Below are positions 46,495 to 55,887 of a stretch of DNA of 64,000 nucleotides, one piece after another (the stretch's first letter is position 1; each line of letters opens with the position of its first letter). Both the position numbers and the translations under genes were made by a program. The stretch is from assembly GCA_963717005.1 (NCBI GenBank), contig OY970324.1, positions 849,937 through 913,936 of the forward strand, written 5' to 3'. Source of the DNA: an uncultured delta proteobacterium (lineage in GTDB: Bacteria; Desulfobacterota; Binatia; Binatales; Binataceae). A model generated the notes under the pieces. The model was not told where the DNA came from. It saw only the letters and a list, made by a program, of their open reading frames with translations, and searched no databases.

Positions 46495-48219
46495 TTGGAT
46501 TCCAGTCGAGTACTGATGGCGGTTGTTTTGTCGATCATCCTGGTGGTCGCTTACCAGGAGTTGGTCCTGAAGCGGTTTTTTCCGCCGCCTACGCAACAGC
46601 AGCAGCAGGCGGCCGAGCAGGCCAAAGAGGCCAAACAGGCGCAGGCGCTGGGCCTGGTTAGCAGCACGCCGGCTCCTGAAGCCACCGGGAGCGTCGCAGC
46701 GGCGGCGGGGCCGCAAACCGCCGCGGCGCCGGCGGGGCAGCGCTCCACTGCGATGACGCCGTCGATGGCGCTGGTGCCGGAGCGGACCGTCGAAGTTGAT
46801 TCCGATTTTTACGCCGCTACCTTCACCACTCGCGGCGCGCGGCTCAAGAGTTTCCTGCTCAACAAGTATCGGACGACGGCGGCGAAGAACAGTCCGCCGT
46901 ATGACATGGTCCAAATGCAGCCGGGAGGGCATCTGCCGCTCGGGGTGGTGATAACGCGCGGCGACAAGGTCTTCGACGACAGCGAGCTCGGTTACGAGAC
47001 GAATGCGCCGGCGAAAATCGAGGCGACGGCGGGCGCGGGGGCGACGGTGACGTTCGTGGGCAAGACGGCGGACGGCACGACGATCACCAAGACGTTCACG
47101 TTCAAGCCGGCGAGCTACGTGTTTTCGATGAACGTCGCCGCATTGGGCGGGCCGGCGCCGAATCAGCTGGGGGTGTCGATGAGCCAGCCATTGACGGCGC
47201 ATCAGGGGTACTACGATATCCCGGAGCTGCAATCCGAGGTTGGCGACAAGGTGCGGACCGAGAACGAGAAGGCGATGAAGACGCTCAAGCCGCAGGACGC
47301 GACGGTGACGGGAACGATCACGTACGCGGGCTTCGGCGACCGGTATTTCCTGGCGGTATTTTTGCCGCAGGCGCCGACCAGCGGCGAGCTGGCGATGGCG
47401 TATATCGGGGACGAGGCGATCGCGCGGCTGCTGTTTGACGGCGCGACGCAAATCCACAGCGAGATCTACATGGGGCCGAAGCTGCTGGAGGCGCTGGATG
47501 CGGCGAATCCGGCGCTGCACAAGGCGATCGATTTCGGGATTTTTGGAATCCTGGCGATCGTCTTTCTGCGGACGCTGAAGTTGTTCCATTATATCGCGCC
47601 CAACTATGGGGTCGATATTATTTTGCTGACGGTGTCGATCAGGATTGCATTCCTGCCGATCTCGATCAGGAGCCAGCGATCGATGATGAAGATGCAGCGC
47701 CTGCAGCCGCAGATTCAGCGCCTGCGCGACAAGCTCAAGGACAACAACGAGCAGTTGCAGAAGGAGATGGTCGATCTGTACAAGCGCAATCACGTGAATC
47801 CGCTGGGCGGATGCGCGCCGATGGCGCTGCAGTTGCCGATTTTCCTGGGGCTGTACGAGGCGCTGCTGAACTCGATCGAGCTGCGGCACGCGCCGTTCGT
47901 AGCCTGGATCAACGATTTATCGACGCCCGACTGTTTGCATGTGCCGGGGCTGCCGCAGCTGCCGCTGATGCATTGCCACGGCCTGCCGGTGCTGGTGCTG
48001 CTGATGGGCGCGACCAGCTTCCTGCAGCAGTACATGACGCCGACGACGCCTGATCCGACCCAGCAGCGGATGATGATGCTGACGCCGCTGATCTTCACGA
48101 TCATGTTGATAAACTTTCCGGCGGGGCTGTCTTTGTATTATTTTTCGTCTAACCTGCTGGGCGTTATCCAGCAATACTTTCTCAACCGCGAATTCCAACA
48201 ATACACGCCGGCTACATGA
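46495..48219 (+). CDS. yidC: membrane protein insertase YidC
   Basis: 574 aa; large periplasmic domain, C-terminal 5-TM core with GGCAPMALQLPIFLGLY. Confidence 0.85.
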   Translation: MDSSRVLMAVVLSIILVVAYQELVLKRFFPPPTQQQQQAAEQAKEAKQAQALGLVSSTPAPEATGSVAAAAGPQTAAAPAGQRSTAMTPSMALVPERTVEVDSDFYAATFTTRGARLKSFLLNKYRTTAAKNSPPYDMVQMQPGGHLPLGVVITRGDKVFDDSELGYETNAPAKIEATAGAGATVTFVGKTADGTTITKTFTFKPASYVFSMNVAALGGPAPNQLGVSMSQPLTAHQGYYDIPELQSEVGDKVRTENEKAMKTLKPQDATVTGTITYAGFGDRYFLAVFLPQAPTSGELAMAYIGDEAIARLLFDGATQIHSEIYMGPKLLEALDAANPALHKAIDFGIFGILAIVFLRTLKLFHYIAPNYGVDIILLTVSIRIAFLPISIRSQRSMMKMQRLQPQIQRLRDKLKDNNEQLQKEMVDLYKRNHVNPLGGCAPMALQLPIFLGLYEALLNSIELRHAPFVAWINDLSTPDCLHVPGLPQLPLMHCHGLPVLVLLMGATSFLQQYMTPTTPDPTQQRMMMLTPLIFTIMLINFPAGLSLYYFSSNLLGVIQQYFLNREFQQYTPAT

Positions 48220-49238
48220 GCAATATGGACTCGACAGAAGCAGAGGGCGCCTCGGTCGAAGAGGCGACGCGGGAAGCGATCGAGCGGCTGGGCGCGCGCG
48301 CAGACGAGGTGACGATCGAAGTGATCGCGACGCCGCGCGCGGGCGTGCTCGGACTGGGCGCGCGCAATGCGCGGGTGCGGGTGACGCGCAAGAGCGCGGA
48401 CGCGGCGGGCGCCGCGCAGACGCCGGCGGCGCCGTCGAATAGCGGGCAAGCCGCACCAGCGCGCAGTGAAGGTGCGCCGGGCGGGCGTCCGCGCGGGCGC
48501 GAGAATCAGCGGCGGGGGCGCAATGACGGCCGCGCTCAGAGCCAGAGTGCGGCGGGCTCCGCGGGCGAGGACGACAGCGGCGCGGCCGGGCGCAAGAGCG
48601 CAGACCTCGAGGAGCAGCGGCGCGAGGCGATGGCTATTCTGAAGCAGATCCTCGAGCAGATGGGCGAGCCGACCGAGGTGCGCGAAGTCCAGGTCGATGC
48701 GGAGACGGTCGAGATCGAAATCAAGGGCGACGGATCGGGAATTCTAATCGGGCGGCATGGGCAGACGCTCGACGCGCTCGAGTACATCGTGAATCGAATA
48801 CTGGCGCGGCGAATCAAGGACGCGGAGCCGATTTCGCTGGAGACCGAAGCGTATCGCGCGCGGCGCCGCCAGCAACTGCATCGGATGGCGCTGTCGATGG
48901 GCGAGAAGGCCAAGCGCGAGCATAAGCCGGTGCGGCTGGAGCCGATGCCGCCGCGCGACCGGCGCGTGGTGCATCTGGCGTTGAAGGACGATCCGATGAT
49001 CACGACGCGATCGGCGGGCGACGGAACGATGCGCGCAATCGAGATAGTGCCGGCCGACGGCGGCGGGCAGAGGGGGGAGGGGCAGAATCGCGGGCGGAGG
49101 CGCGAGGGCGAGCGCAATCCGCAGCCGCAGCGCGAGCGGGAGCGAGAGCGGGAAGTGCAGCGAATCGAGCCTGAGCGCGGCAATGAGGCGCTTGGCGAGC
49201 AGGGCGGATTCAAGCACGGGCAGAAGCGGATTGTGTAA
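48216..49238 (+). CDS. jag: Jag/KhpB-family KH plus R3H RNA-binding protein
   Basis: ATGA overlap with yidC; KH region IEIKGDGSGILIGRHGQTLDALEYI and R3H RRVVHLAL; long disordered linker. Confidence 0.75.
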   Translation: MSNMDSTEAEGASVEEATREAIERLGARADEVTIEVIATPRAGVLGLGARNARVRVTRKSADAAGAAQTPAAPSNSGQAAPARSEGAPGGRPRGRENQRRGRNDGRAQSQSAAGSAGEDDSGAAGRKSADLEEQRREAMAILKQILEQMGEPTEVREVQVDAETVEIEIKGDGSGILIGRHGQTLDALEYIVNRILARRIKDAEPISLETEAYRARRRQQLHRMALSMGEKAKREHKPVRLEPMPPRDRRVVHLALKDDPMITTRSAGDGTMRAIEIVPADGGGQRGEGQNRGRRREGERNPQPQREREREREVQRIEPERGNEALGEQGGFKHGQKRIV

Positions 49239-49265
49239 AGAGGGGAGCGTAGGAACTTGATTGTG

Positions 49266-49322
49266 AGCGGAACCCGCCGTGGGTTCCGCACCCTCCCTGG
49301 GCAGGGGTGACCCCTGCACCCG
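49266..49322 (-). repeat. partial composite repeat (modules C-B)
   Basis: ggaacccgccgtgggttccgc .. gggcaggggtgacccctgcaccc. Confidence 0.6.
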
Positions 49323-49335
49323 GTATTAAGATAAG

Positions 49336-49378
49336 AAAAGGGAACGGGCGCAGTGAGTGATCACTGCGCCCGTTTTTC
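49336..49378. terminator. bidirectional rho-independent terminator between convergent jag and DUF1329-like gene
   Basis: acgggcgcagtga gtga tcactgcgcccgt stem flanked by A/T runs on both sides. Confidence 0.7.
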
Positions 49379-49398
49379 CAGTGCGAACTGATTCGCGC

Positions 49399-50715
49399 TC
49401 AGAATGAGGCGGCGCGGAACATCGCGTCAGTGGTGAAGAAGCTGCGATCGACGGCGCCCATGTTGATGTACCAGCATTCGCGCTCAGGCGTTTCCATTCC
49501 CGGCAGATAGCACATCGTCGCGAGGCCCGATTGCACGTCGGTCGAGACCGCGCCGACGACGAACGAGCGCTTGAATGGATAGATTGCGACTTTGGCGTCG
49601 GGCACCGGGCGGTCGCGAGTCGCCAGCCAGTAGATGTGCGAGCGGAACAGATGGCCAGCGCGATCGTAGGTGTCGATGTAGGGCTCGAACCACATTTCGC
49701 TGTCCATGAAGATGACGGTGCGCGAATCAAGCGCGTTGATGCGCGAGCGATTGGGCAACGCCTGGACTATGTACATATGGCGCATCTCCCAGGCCTCGGG
49801 GCATGCGCTGGCGCCGCCGTCGGTGGGGCATCGCTGCTCGGGCGAATGCTCGGCGTGAATGGTGGCGAGCATGTTTTTCTCCCCGAGGAATTTGTAAGCG
49901 TACTCCTCGGTCTTGGGATTGAAGCCCGAGTAGTGATCCGGATCCCAGGCGTGAGCGGCGGTGCCGCCGGCGGTGGTCGAGGAGCTCATGATGGATTCGT
50001 TGACCCGACGCAAGCGGCGGGCACCGGCGTCGAGGCTCCAGATGTCGTCGCCACGTTTCGGATCGGCGTAGCGCCATCGGATAAATCCGGTCCCGCGAAT
50101 TTCCTGCGGCGCGAGGATCGGGTAGAGGCCGAACAGCCAATAGCGGCCGGTGGTTTTGAAATCGGGATCGGTGGGAAGCGGCTCGACTTCGGTGCGGCCG
50201 ACGAGATCATAGCCGGCATAGTGTCCGATCTGGAAATACTCGATCTGGCTGGTCTGCGGGCCTTGCTTTTCGTATTCGGAGTCGCAGTCGTAGAAGCGCA
50301 GGTCGTAGTCATCGGAAGTGATGGGGCGGAAGACGTTGTTCCAGATGATCTTGACGGCGACGTCGGGATCGTTGGCGTCGATCAAGGGGAAGGGCTGACC
50401 GGCGACGAAACCGACGACGGACTTTTTGTCCTGCGAGAGGCGGACCTGCGAGGAATATTTTTCGGTTGCATCTTTATAAGGAGGCGGCCAATCGACGCGC
50501 TGGCTCGGCACGATCTTCATCGTCATGCCGTGCTCGACCTTGTAGAAAACGCCCGGGCCGACCAAGTCTTTAACCTTGGCTGCGTTCTCCGGAGTGATGA
50601 AATCACCTGGTTTGACCTGAGCATAACCCGGAGTGCTGAATGCTCCAAAACCGAGCAGCACCAAGGTAGCCAAGGTCGTCGCGATGCTGAACGACGAACT
50701 CTTCTGCCTTCGCAT
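49399..50715 (-). CDS. secreted protein, possibly DUF1329 family
   Basis: Signal peptide, 438 aa, Trp/Tyr-rich globular body; family assignment from memory only. Confidence 0.3.
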   Translation of the reverse strand: MRRQKSSSFSIATTLATLVLLGFGAFSTPGYAQVKPGDFITPENAAKVKDLVGPGVFYKVEHGMTMKIVPSQRVDWPPPYKDATEKYSSQVRLSQDKKSVVGFVAGQPFPLIDANDPDVAVKIIWNNVFRPITSDDYDLRFYDCDSEYEKQGPQTSQIEYFQIGHYAGYDLVGRTEVEPLPTDPDFKTTGRYWLFGLYPILAPQEIRGTGFIRWRYADPKRGDDIWSLDAGARRLRRVNESIMSSSTTAGGTAAHAWDPDHYSGFNPKTEEYAYKFLGEKNMLATIHAEHSPEQRCPTDGGASACPEAWEMRHMYIVQALPNRSRINALDSRTVIFMDSEMWFEPYIDTYDRAGHLFRSHIYWLATRDRPVPDAKVAIYPFKRSFVVGAVSTDVQSGLATMCYLPGMETPERECWYINMGAVDRSFFTTDAMFRAASF

Positions 50716-50958
50716 AACTAAGGAGCCTCCCTGATAAGTAGTGCGGCGAATTTGCCGCGGTCGTACTAATGAGAAGATTAAGATTATCTTGCGCAGGTCG
50801 TCAAGAAATATTGTCTAATCGACTATTGAACGGTCGTTTAGTTATATGAAGCTTCAATTCGGCTAATGGTCAAAACCAGCGCTATTAATTCCAACCTCGG
50901 AATCAGAATGGGACATAAATTCTCAGCTTGGGGCAGTTTGGCGGGTCGGAGGCGTTGA

Positions 50959-52287
50959 TTGGGGGGTAATCGAGATGGCATGCGCGGTGCATTTGTGGGC
51001 TGGAGCAATCGGAATATGAGCAGTCAAGTTGTGCGAGCGAATGCAATCAAAGAGTTTACGCTGTCGGCGAGCGCGAGTGGGCAGGTGATGGTGCTGGTGT
51101 GCGTCGGGATATTCGCACTCATGGGCATGATCGCGGTGGTCGCGGATTTCAGCTTCATGCAGCATCAAAGGAACATGATGCAGACGGCTGCGGACAGTGC
51201 GGCGATGGCCGGGTCCGAGGAATTGAATTACGGCGACATGGTGGCGGCAGGCAAGGCGGACGCGGCGAGCAACGGCTACAGCGACGGCCAGAGCAACGTC
51301 ACCGTGGCGATCAACAATCCGCCGAGCACGGGACCGAATGCGGGCAACGCGCAATACGTCGAGGCGACGGTGAGCAAGCCGGAGCCGACATATTTCCTGA
51401 ACGTGATCGGAATCCACACGATGACGGTGTCGGTGCGGGCGGTGGCGTACGAGGGCAACGGGCCGAATTGCATCTATGTGACAAATCCGTCGGCCTCGGC
51501 GGCGATGTCGAACAGCGGTAACGTCACGGTGAAGAGCGGCTGCGGGGTGCTGGTGGACTCGAGCTCGTCGAGCGGTCTGACGGCCAACGGCAGCGTGTCG
51601 ATCACGGCGCCGACGATAGGCGTGGTGGGCAATTACACGACCAGTGGCGGGGCCAGTTTTACGCCGACGCCGAAGACCGGAGTGATAGCGGCAACGGATC
51701 CGCTGGCGTACGTGCAGGCGCCGACGGTGGGGTCATGTGCGCACACGAATTTTCGGTTGAACGGAACCACCGGCAGTGCCGGCAGTCCGTACCAGCTCTA
51801 TGCCGGCACCTATTGCGGCGGCATCGGCGTAACCGGAAATTCGTGGCTGAATTTCAACCCCGGAACTTACGTGCTCGCCGGTGGCGGGATGTCGATAAAC
51901 GCCAACTCGATCATGACCGGCGCCGGGATCACATTTTACAACACCACCGGCACCGGTGGTTACGGCCCAATTACGCTCAACGGCAACTCGCAATCGAATT
52001 TCAGCGCGCCGACTTCGGGGCCGCTGGCGGGAATCCTGTTTTTTCAGGATCGATCGATTCCTAGCAGCGCGGCGGGCAGCACGATCAGCGGCAACTCGAC
52101 TTCGACCTTCGACGGCGCGCTCTACTTTCCGACAACGCAAGTCACGTTCAACGGCAACAGCAGCGCCGGCGGCTACAGCATCGTGGTGGCGGACCGGCTA
52201 CTGCTGAGCGGCAACTCGACGGTGGGCAACAACTACAGTTCGCTCACCAACGGCTCGCCGATAAGGGGAACGATACTGTCCGAATGA
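50959..52287 (+). CDS. TadG-like (Tad N-terminal domain) protein with beta-helix-like repeat body, paralog 1
   Basis: TM then MMQTAADSAAMAGSEEL (PF13400-like), followed by G/N/S/T-rich repetitive region; true start may be internal Met. Confidence 0.5.
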   Translation: MGGNRDGMRGAFVGWSNRNMSSQVVRANAIKEFTLSASASGQVMVLVCVGIFALMGMIAVVADFSFMQHQRNMMQTAADSAAMAGSEELNYGDMVAAGKADAASNGYSDGQSNVTVAINNPPSTGPNAGNAQYVEATVSKPEPTYFLNVIGIHTMTVSVRAVAYEGNGPNCIYVTNPSASAAMSNSGNVTVKSGCGVLVDSSSSSGLTANGSVSITAPTIGVVGNYTTSGGASFTPTPKTGVIAATDPLAYVQAPTVGSCAHTNFRLNGTTGSAGSPYQLYAGTYCGGIGVTGNSWLNFNPGTYVLAGGGMSINANSIMTGAGITFYNTTGTGGYGPITLNGNSQSNFSAPTSGPLAGILFFQDRSIPSSAAGSTISGNSTSTFDGALYFPTTQVTFNGNSSAGGYSIVVADRLLLSGNSTVGNNYSSLTNGSPIRGTILSE

Positions 52288-53579
52288 ATGAGCCCAGGAC
52301 CACAAGGCAAGCTCAATCATCGCACGCATCGGCGAGCAAGCGGCCGAGAAAGCGGCGCGGCGGTGCGGGTGGGCAGGTGATGGTGCTGGTGTGCGTGGCG
52401 CTGATAGCGCTGATGGGAATGATTGCGGTGGTCGCCGATTTCAGCTTCATGCAGCATCAAAGGAACATGATGCAGACGGCGGCGGACAGCGCGGCGATGG
52501 CCGGGTCCGAGGAGCTGGCCTACGGCGACCAGGTGGTTGCAGGCAAGGCGGATGCGGCGACCAACGGTTACACCGACGGCGCCGGCAGCGTGACGGTGGC
52601 GATCAACAATCCGCCGAGCACGGGACCTAACGCCGCGAACAGCGCCTACGTCGAGGCGATCGTGAGCAAACCCGAGCCGACTTATTTTCTGAGCTTGCTC
52701 GGAGTGAGCACGATGACGGTGTCGGCGCGCGCGGTGGCGTACGAGGGCAACGGGCCGAACTGCATTTACGTGCTGAATCCGTCGGCCTCGGGCGCGTTCT
52801 CGGCCAATGGCAACGTGACGGTGCAGAGCGGCTGCGGGCTGTTGGTGGACTCGAGCTCGTCGAGCGGTTTGACGGCGGTTGGCAATGTGACGATCAAGGC
52901 TCCGACGATAGGCGTGGTGGGCAATTACACGGTGAGTGGCGGCGCGAGCCTTACGCCGACGCCGAAGACCGGGGTGATAGCGGCGTCCGATCCGCTGGCG
53001 TACGTGCAGGCGCCGACCGTGGGTTCGTGCGCGCACACGAATTTTTCGCTCAACGGGAACAGCGGCAGCAGCAGCGCGCCGTACCAGCTTTATCCGGGCA
53101 CCTATTGCGGCGGGATCTCGATCAAGGGCAATGCGTGGCTGAAGTTCAACGCGGGAACCTACGTGCTGGCGGGCGGTGGAATGGCGATAAGCGCCAACAC
53201 GACGATGACCGGGACCGGGATAACCTTTTACAACACCAGCGGGACCGGCGGTTATGGTGCGATATCGATGAACGGGAACACGCAAGCGAATTTCAGCGCG
53301 CCGACTTCGGGTCCGCTGGCCGGAATTCTATTCTTTCAAGATCGTTCCATCCCGAGCAGCGGCGCGGCCAGCACCATCACTGGAAACTCGACTTCGACTT
53401 TCGACGGGGCGATCTACTTCGCCTCGACGGCGCTCAGCTTCGGCGGCAACAGCAGCGCCAACGGCTACAGCATCGTGGTGGCGAACCAACTTACGGTCAG
53501 CGGCAATTCGTCGATCGGCAGCAACTACACGTCGCTGACGAACGGATCGCCGATAAAAGGAACGGTGCTGGCGGAATGA
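52284..53579 (+). CDS. TadG-like protein, paralog 2
   Basis: Highly similar to upstream paralog over most of its length; ATGA overlap. Confidence 0.5.
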   Translation: MNEPRTTRQAQSSHASASKRPRKRRGGAGGQVMVLVCVALIALMGMIAVVADFSFMQHQRNMMQTAADSAAMAGSEELAYGDQVVAGKADAATNGYTDGAGSVTVAINNPPSTGPNAANSAYVEAIVSKPEPTYFLSLLGVSTMTVSARAVAYEGNGPNCIYVLNPSASGAFSANGNVTVQSGCGLLVDSSSSSGLTAVGNVTIKAPTIGVVGNYTVSGGASLTPTPKTGVIAASDPLAYVQAPTVGSCAHTNFSLNGNSGSSSAPYQLYPGTYCGGISIKGNAWLKFNAGTYVLAGGGMAISANTTMTGTGITFYNTSGTGGYGAISMNGNTQANFSAPTSGPLAGILFFQDRSIPSSGAASTITGNSTSTFDGAIYFASTALSFGGNSSANGYSIVVANQLTVSGNSSIGSNYTSLTNGSPIKGTVLAE

Positions 53580-54028
53580 GCGCGCAGATGGAACAACGCG
53601 GGCGGCGATGGCGCGGGCAGGCGTCGGTGGAGCTGGCGCTCAGCGTGCCGCTGCTGCTGATGATGTTCCTGGTGGTGGTGGAAACGGGGCGTGCGTTTTA
53701 CGTCGCGATTTCGCTGGCCAACGCGGCGCGGGCGGGGGTGCAGTACGGCGCGCAGAATCTTTCGACCGCGGGCGATAACGCCGGGATGCAGCAGGCGGCG
53801 GTCAACGACGCGCCGAATCTTGTCGGGATGACGGCGACGGCGACTCACTTCTGTGTATGCTCCGACGGCTCAGCCTCGACCTGCCTGTCAACCGACTGCG
53901 CCGGCAGCCATCGCCTGCTCTACGCACAGGTCAACACCAGCGCGGCGTACAAGCCGCTGATCACGTTCATGGGAATTCTGCCGTCGATGACGGTGCCGGG
54001 CAAAGCGGTGATGCGTGTAGTTCAATGA
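53576..54028 (+). CDS. TadE-like protein
   Basis: GQASVELALSVPLLLMMFLVVVETGRAFY matches TadE N-terminal motif; ATGA overlap with upstream gene. Confidence 0.55.
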   Translation: MSAQMEQRGRRWRGQASVELALSVPLLLMMFLVVVETGRAFYVAISLANAARAGVQYGAQNLSTAGDNAGMQQAAVNDAPNLVGMTATATHFCVCSDGSASTCLSTDCAGSHRLLYAQVNTSAAYKPLITFMGILPSMTVPGKAVMRVVQ

Positions 54029-54471
54029 AACGAGGCAGCCTCGGGCGATGGTGGCGGCGATGGCGCGAAGCGCTTTTGCGATCGCATCCGGCACAAGCGG
54101 TGGCGGAGTTCGCGCTGGTGCTGACGCCGTGTCTGATGCTGTTCTTCGGCATCATCAATTTCGCGCTGGCGCTCTACTGCTACGACTTCGTCTGTTACAG
54201 CGCGCAGCAGGCGGTTCGCTACGCGACGGTGCACGGCTCGACCGCGCCGACGGTGGTGACGTCGTCGAGCATTCAGAGTTACGTGAACGCGCTGGTGGTC
54301 GGCGTGTTGAACCCGAAGTCGATGACGGTGACGACGAGCTGGTCGCCGGACAACAAGCCCGGGAGCGTAGTCACGGTGTCGGTCAGCTACAATTTCCCGC
54401 CGCTGACGAGCCTGGTTTCGTCAGTCACAATCCCGCTCACCCGCACTGCCGCGATGGTAATCACGCAGTAG
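54025..54471 (+). CDS. TadE-like protein 2
   Basis: AQAVAEFALVLTPCLMLFFGIINFALALY TadE-like TM motif; ATGA overlap. Confidence 0.5.
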   Translation: MKRGSLGRWWRRWREALLRSHPAQAVAEFALVLTPCLMLFFGIINFALALYCYDFVCYSAQQAVRYATVHGSTAPTVVTSSSIQSYVNALVVGVLNPKSMTVTTSWSPDNKPGSVVTVSVSYNFPPLTSLVSSVTIPLTRTAAMVITQ

Positions 54472-54540
54472 CGACAGGCGCGGCCGAGCGCGAGGTCCGA
54501 GGGTCCTTTTCAGTTCGCAGTGGAGCGGATTGGCGATGCT

Positions 54541-55878
54541 TCAGAAATAGATCGGATCGACGTACAGGCCATGGTCGCGAGTGTCGGGTGGTTCCGCGAT
54601 GCCGGGGGTCCACATGTTGAACGGCTCAATCTCGCGCGCGAGCGGGCGCAGCGTATCGACGCCGGGCGACGAAGGCGAAGTGAAAATGGACAGCGTGTCG
54701 ATGCCGCGTTCGTGACTCGATCGGCACCAGGCGCGCAGCAACGCCTCGAACTCGCGTTCCGCGCCGGGTCTGAACGCATAATCAAGCACCAGTCCGCGCA
54801 CGGATTCGGTTCGGACGCCGCCGGTCTCCGACACCACCCGCAGCGATTCGCCCGCGGGCCACACCCCGACCATCGCGTCGCCGGTCATCCATACTTTGTC
54901 CCACGAGTACAGTTCGGGGGCGCGTCCCAGCCGCGCGCTCAGAGATTCGACCGTGTACGGCAGGTACATCTCCTCGCGGCCGTGAAACGAGTTGAGCAGA
55001 TCGACCAGCGCGGGCGCGTCGGCGGGCGTCGCCGGGCGGCCGGCATCGGGGCCGGCGAGCGCGGCGCATGGCAACTGAATCCGAAACGCGGGGATGCTCC
55101 ACTTGTTCGGCGTGTTGATAAAGCCGTGCTGCATGCCGGCGTTATCGACCGAGATGTAGGCGTTGGAGCCGTCAACGCTGCTCCAGTACCTGTCGAGTAT
55201 GCGATTGGCGGCGCCCCAGAGGCCCTTGCGCTGATGCTCGGGCAGGACGCGCAGGTGCACGACGGTGACGATGGGGCGCAAGACTCCGCCGACGCGGACC
55301 CGATGCTTGGCGCCGCAGCTAACCGCGGCGGGAATTCCATCGACCGATGCGATTCCGATGGCGCAGTCCTCCATCAGTCGCGCGAAGGCAAAATAATCCC
55401 TGCCGCGATCGAAGTGGATGTGAGTATCGCCCAACACGATGGGGCATCGACGCTCGATGTCCGCGAGAATGGGGGCGTCGGCGGCGGTCGCTTCGCGAAC
55501 CTCGAGCTTGAACTCGTACTGCCGCTCCCAGTTAAGCAGCGAGATGCGATGGGGCGGAGCAGGCTCGACTTCGAGCGACAACTGCCATTTTCGGTTTTTG
55601 GCCGCGGTGATCAGCGCATCGATCTTGAATTCAGAGCGCGGATCGACCGACAACCCGGATATCTCACCCATCCGGCCGGCGAAACCGCGCCAGCCCTCGC
55701 GTTGCTGGTCGTCGCTATCGAAGGGTCCCATCCGCGGCGCGAGCTCCGGGGTGTAGCGATCGCGATCGGCGGCGGAAGATCCTTCGCCCGCGGAGAGGAG
55801 CATCGAGAGATACCATTTCATCCGGCGGCCGGCGCAGGAGTTGGGAATATCGTTAAGCAGTGATCGCGCCTTATCCAT
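54541..55878 (-). CDS. hypothetical protein, possibly tandem GNAT-fold acyltransferase
   Basis: Diverse composition versus R-rich antisense frame; VHLRVLPEHQRKGLWGAA resembles GNAT motif A; weak. Confidence 0.25.
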   Translation of the reverse strand: MDKARSLLNDIPNSCAGRRMKWYLSMLLSAGEGSSAADRDRYTPELAPRMGPFDSDDQQREGWRGFAGRMGEISGLSVDPRSEFKIDALITAAKNRKWQLSLEVEPAPPHRISLLNWERQYEFKLEVREATAADAPILADIERRCPIVLGDTHIHFDRGRDYFAFARLMEDCAIGIASVDGIPAAVSCGAKHRVRVGGVLRPIVTVVHLRVLPEHQRKGLWGAANRILDRYWSSVDGSNAYISVDNAGMQHGFINTPNKWSIPAFRIQLPCAALAGPDAGRPATPADAPALVDLLNSFHGREEMYLPYTVESLSARLGRAPELYSWDKVWMTGDAMVGVWPAGESLRVVSETGGVRTESVRGLVLDYAFRPGAEREFEALLRAWCRSSHERGIDTLSIFTSPSSPGVDTLRPLAREIEPFNMWTPGIAEPPDTRDHGLYVDPIYF

Positions 55879-55887
55879 TGGATCGCC

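Noticed and set aside
46303-47889. 528-aa minus-strand ORF
   Set aside because: Antisense to yidC.
8470-49322. Possibility that the interspersed repeats are a CRISPR array
   Set aside because: Copies are tens of kb apart, in both orientations, with no regular repeat-spacer periodicity and no cas genes.
54520-55863. 447-aa plus-strand ORF
   Set aside because: Mirror of the 445-aa minus-strand ORF; plus-strand translation is R-rich and low complexity whereas the minus-strand one has balanced composition.
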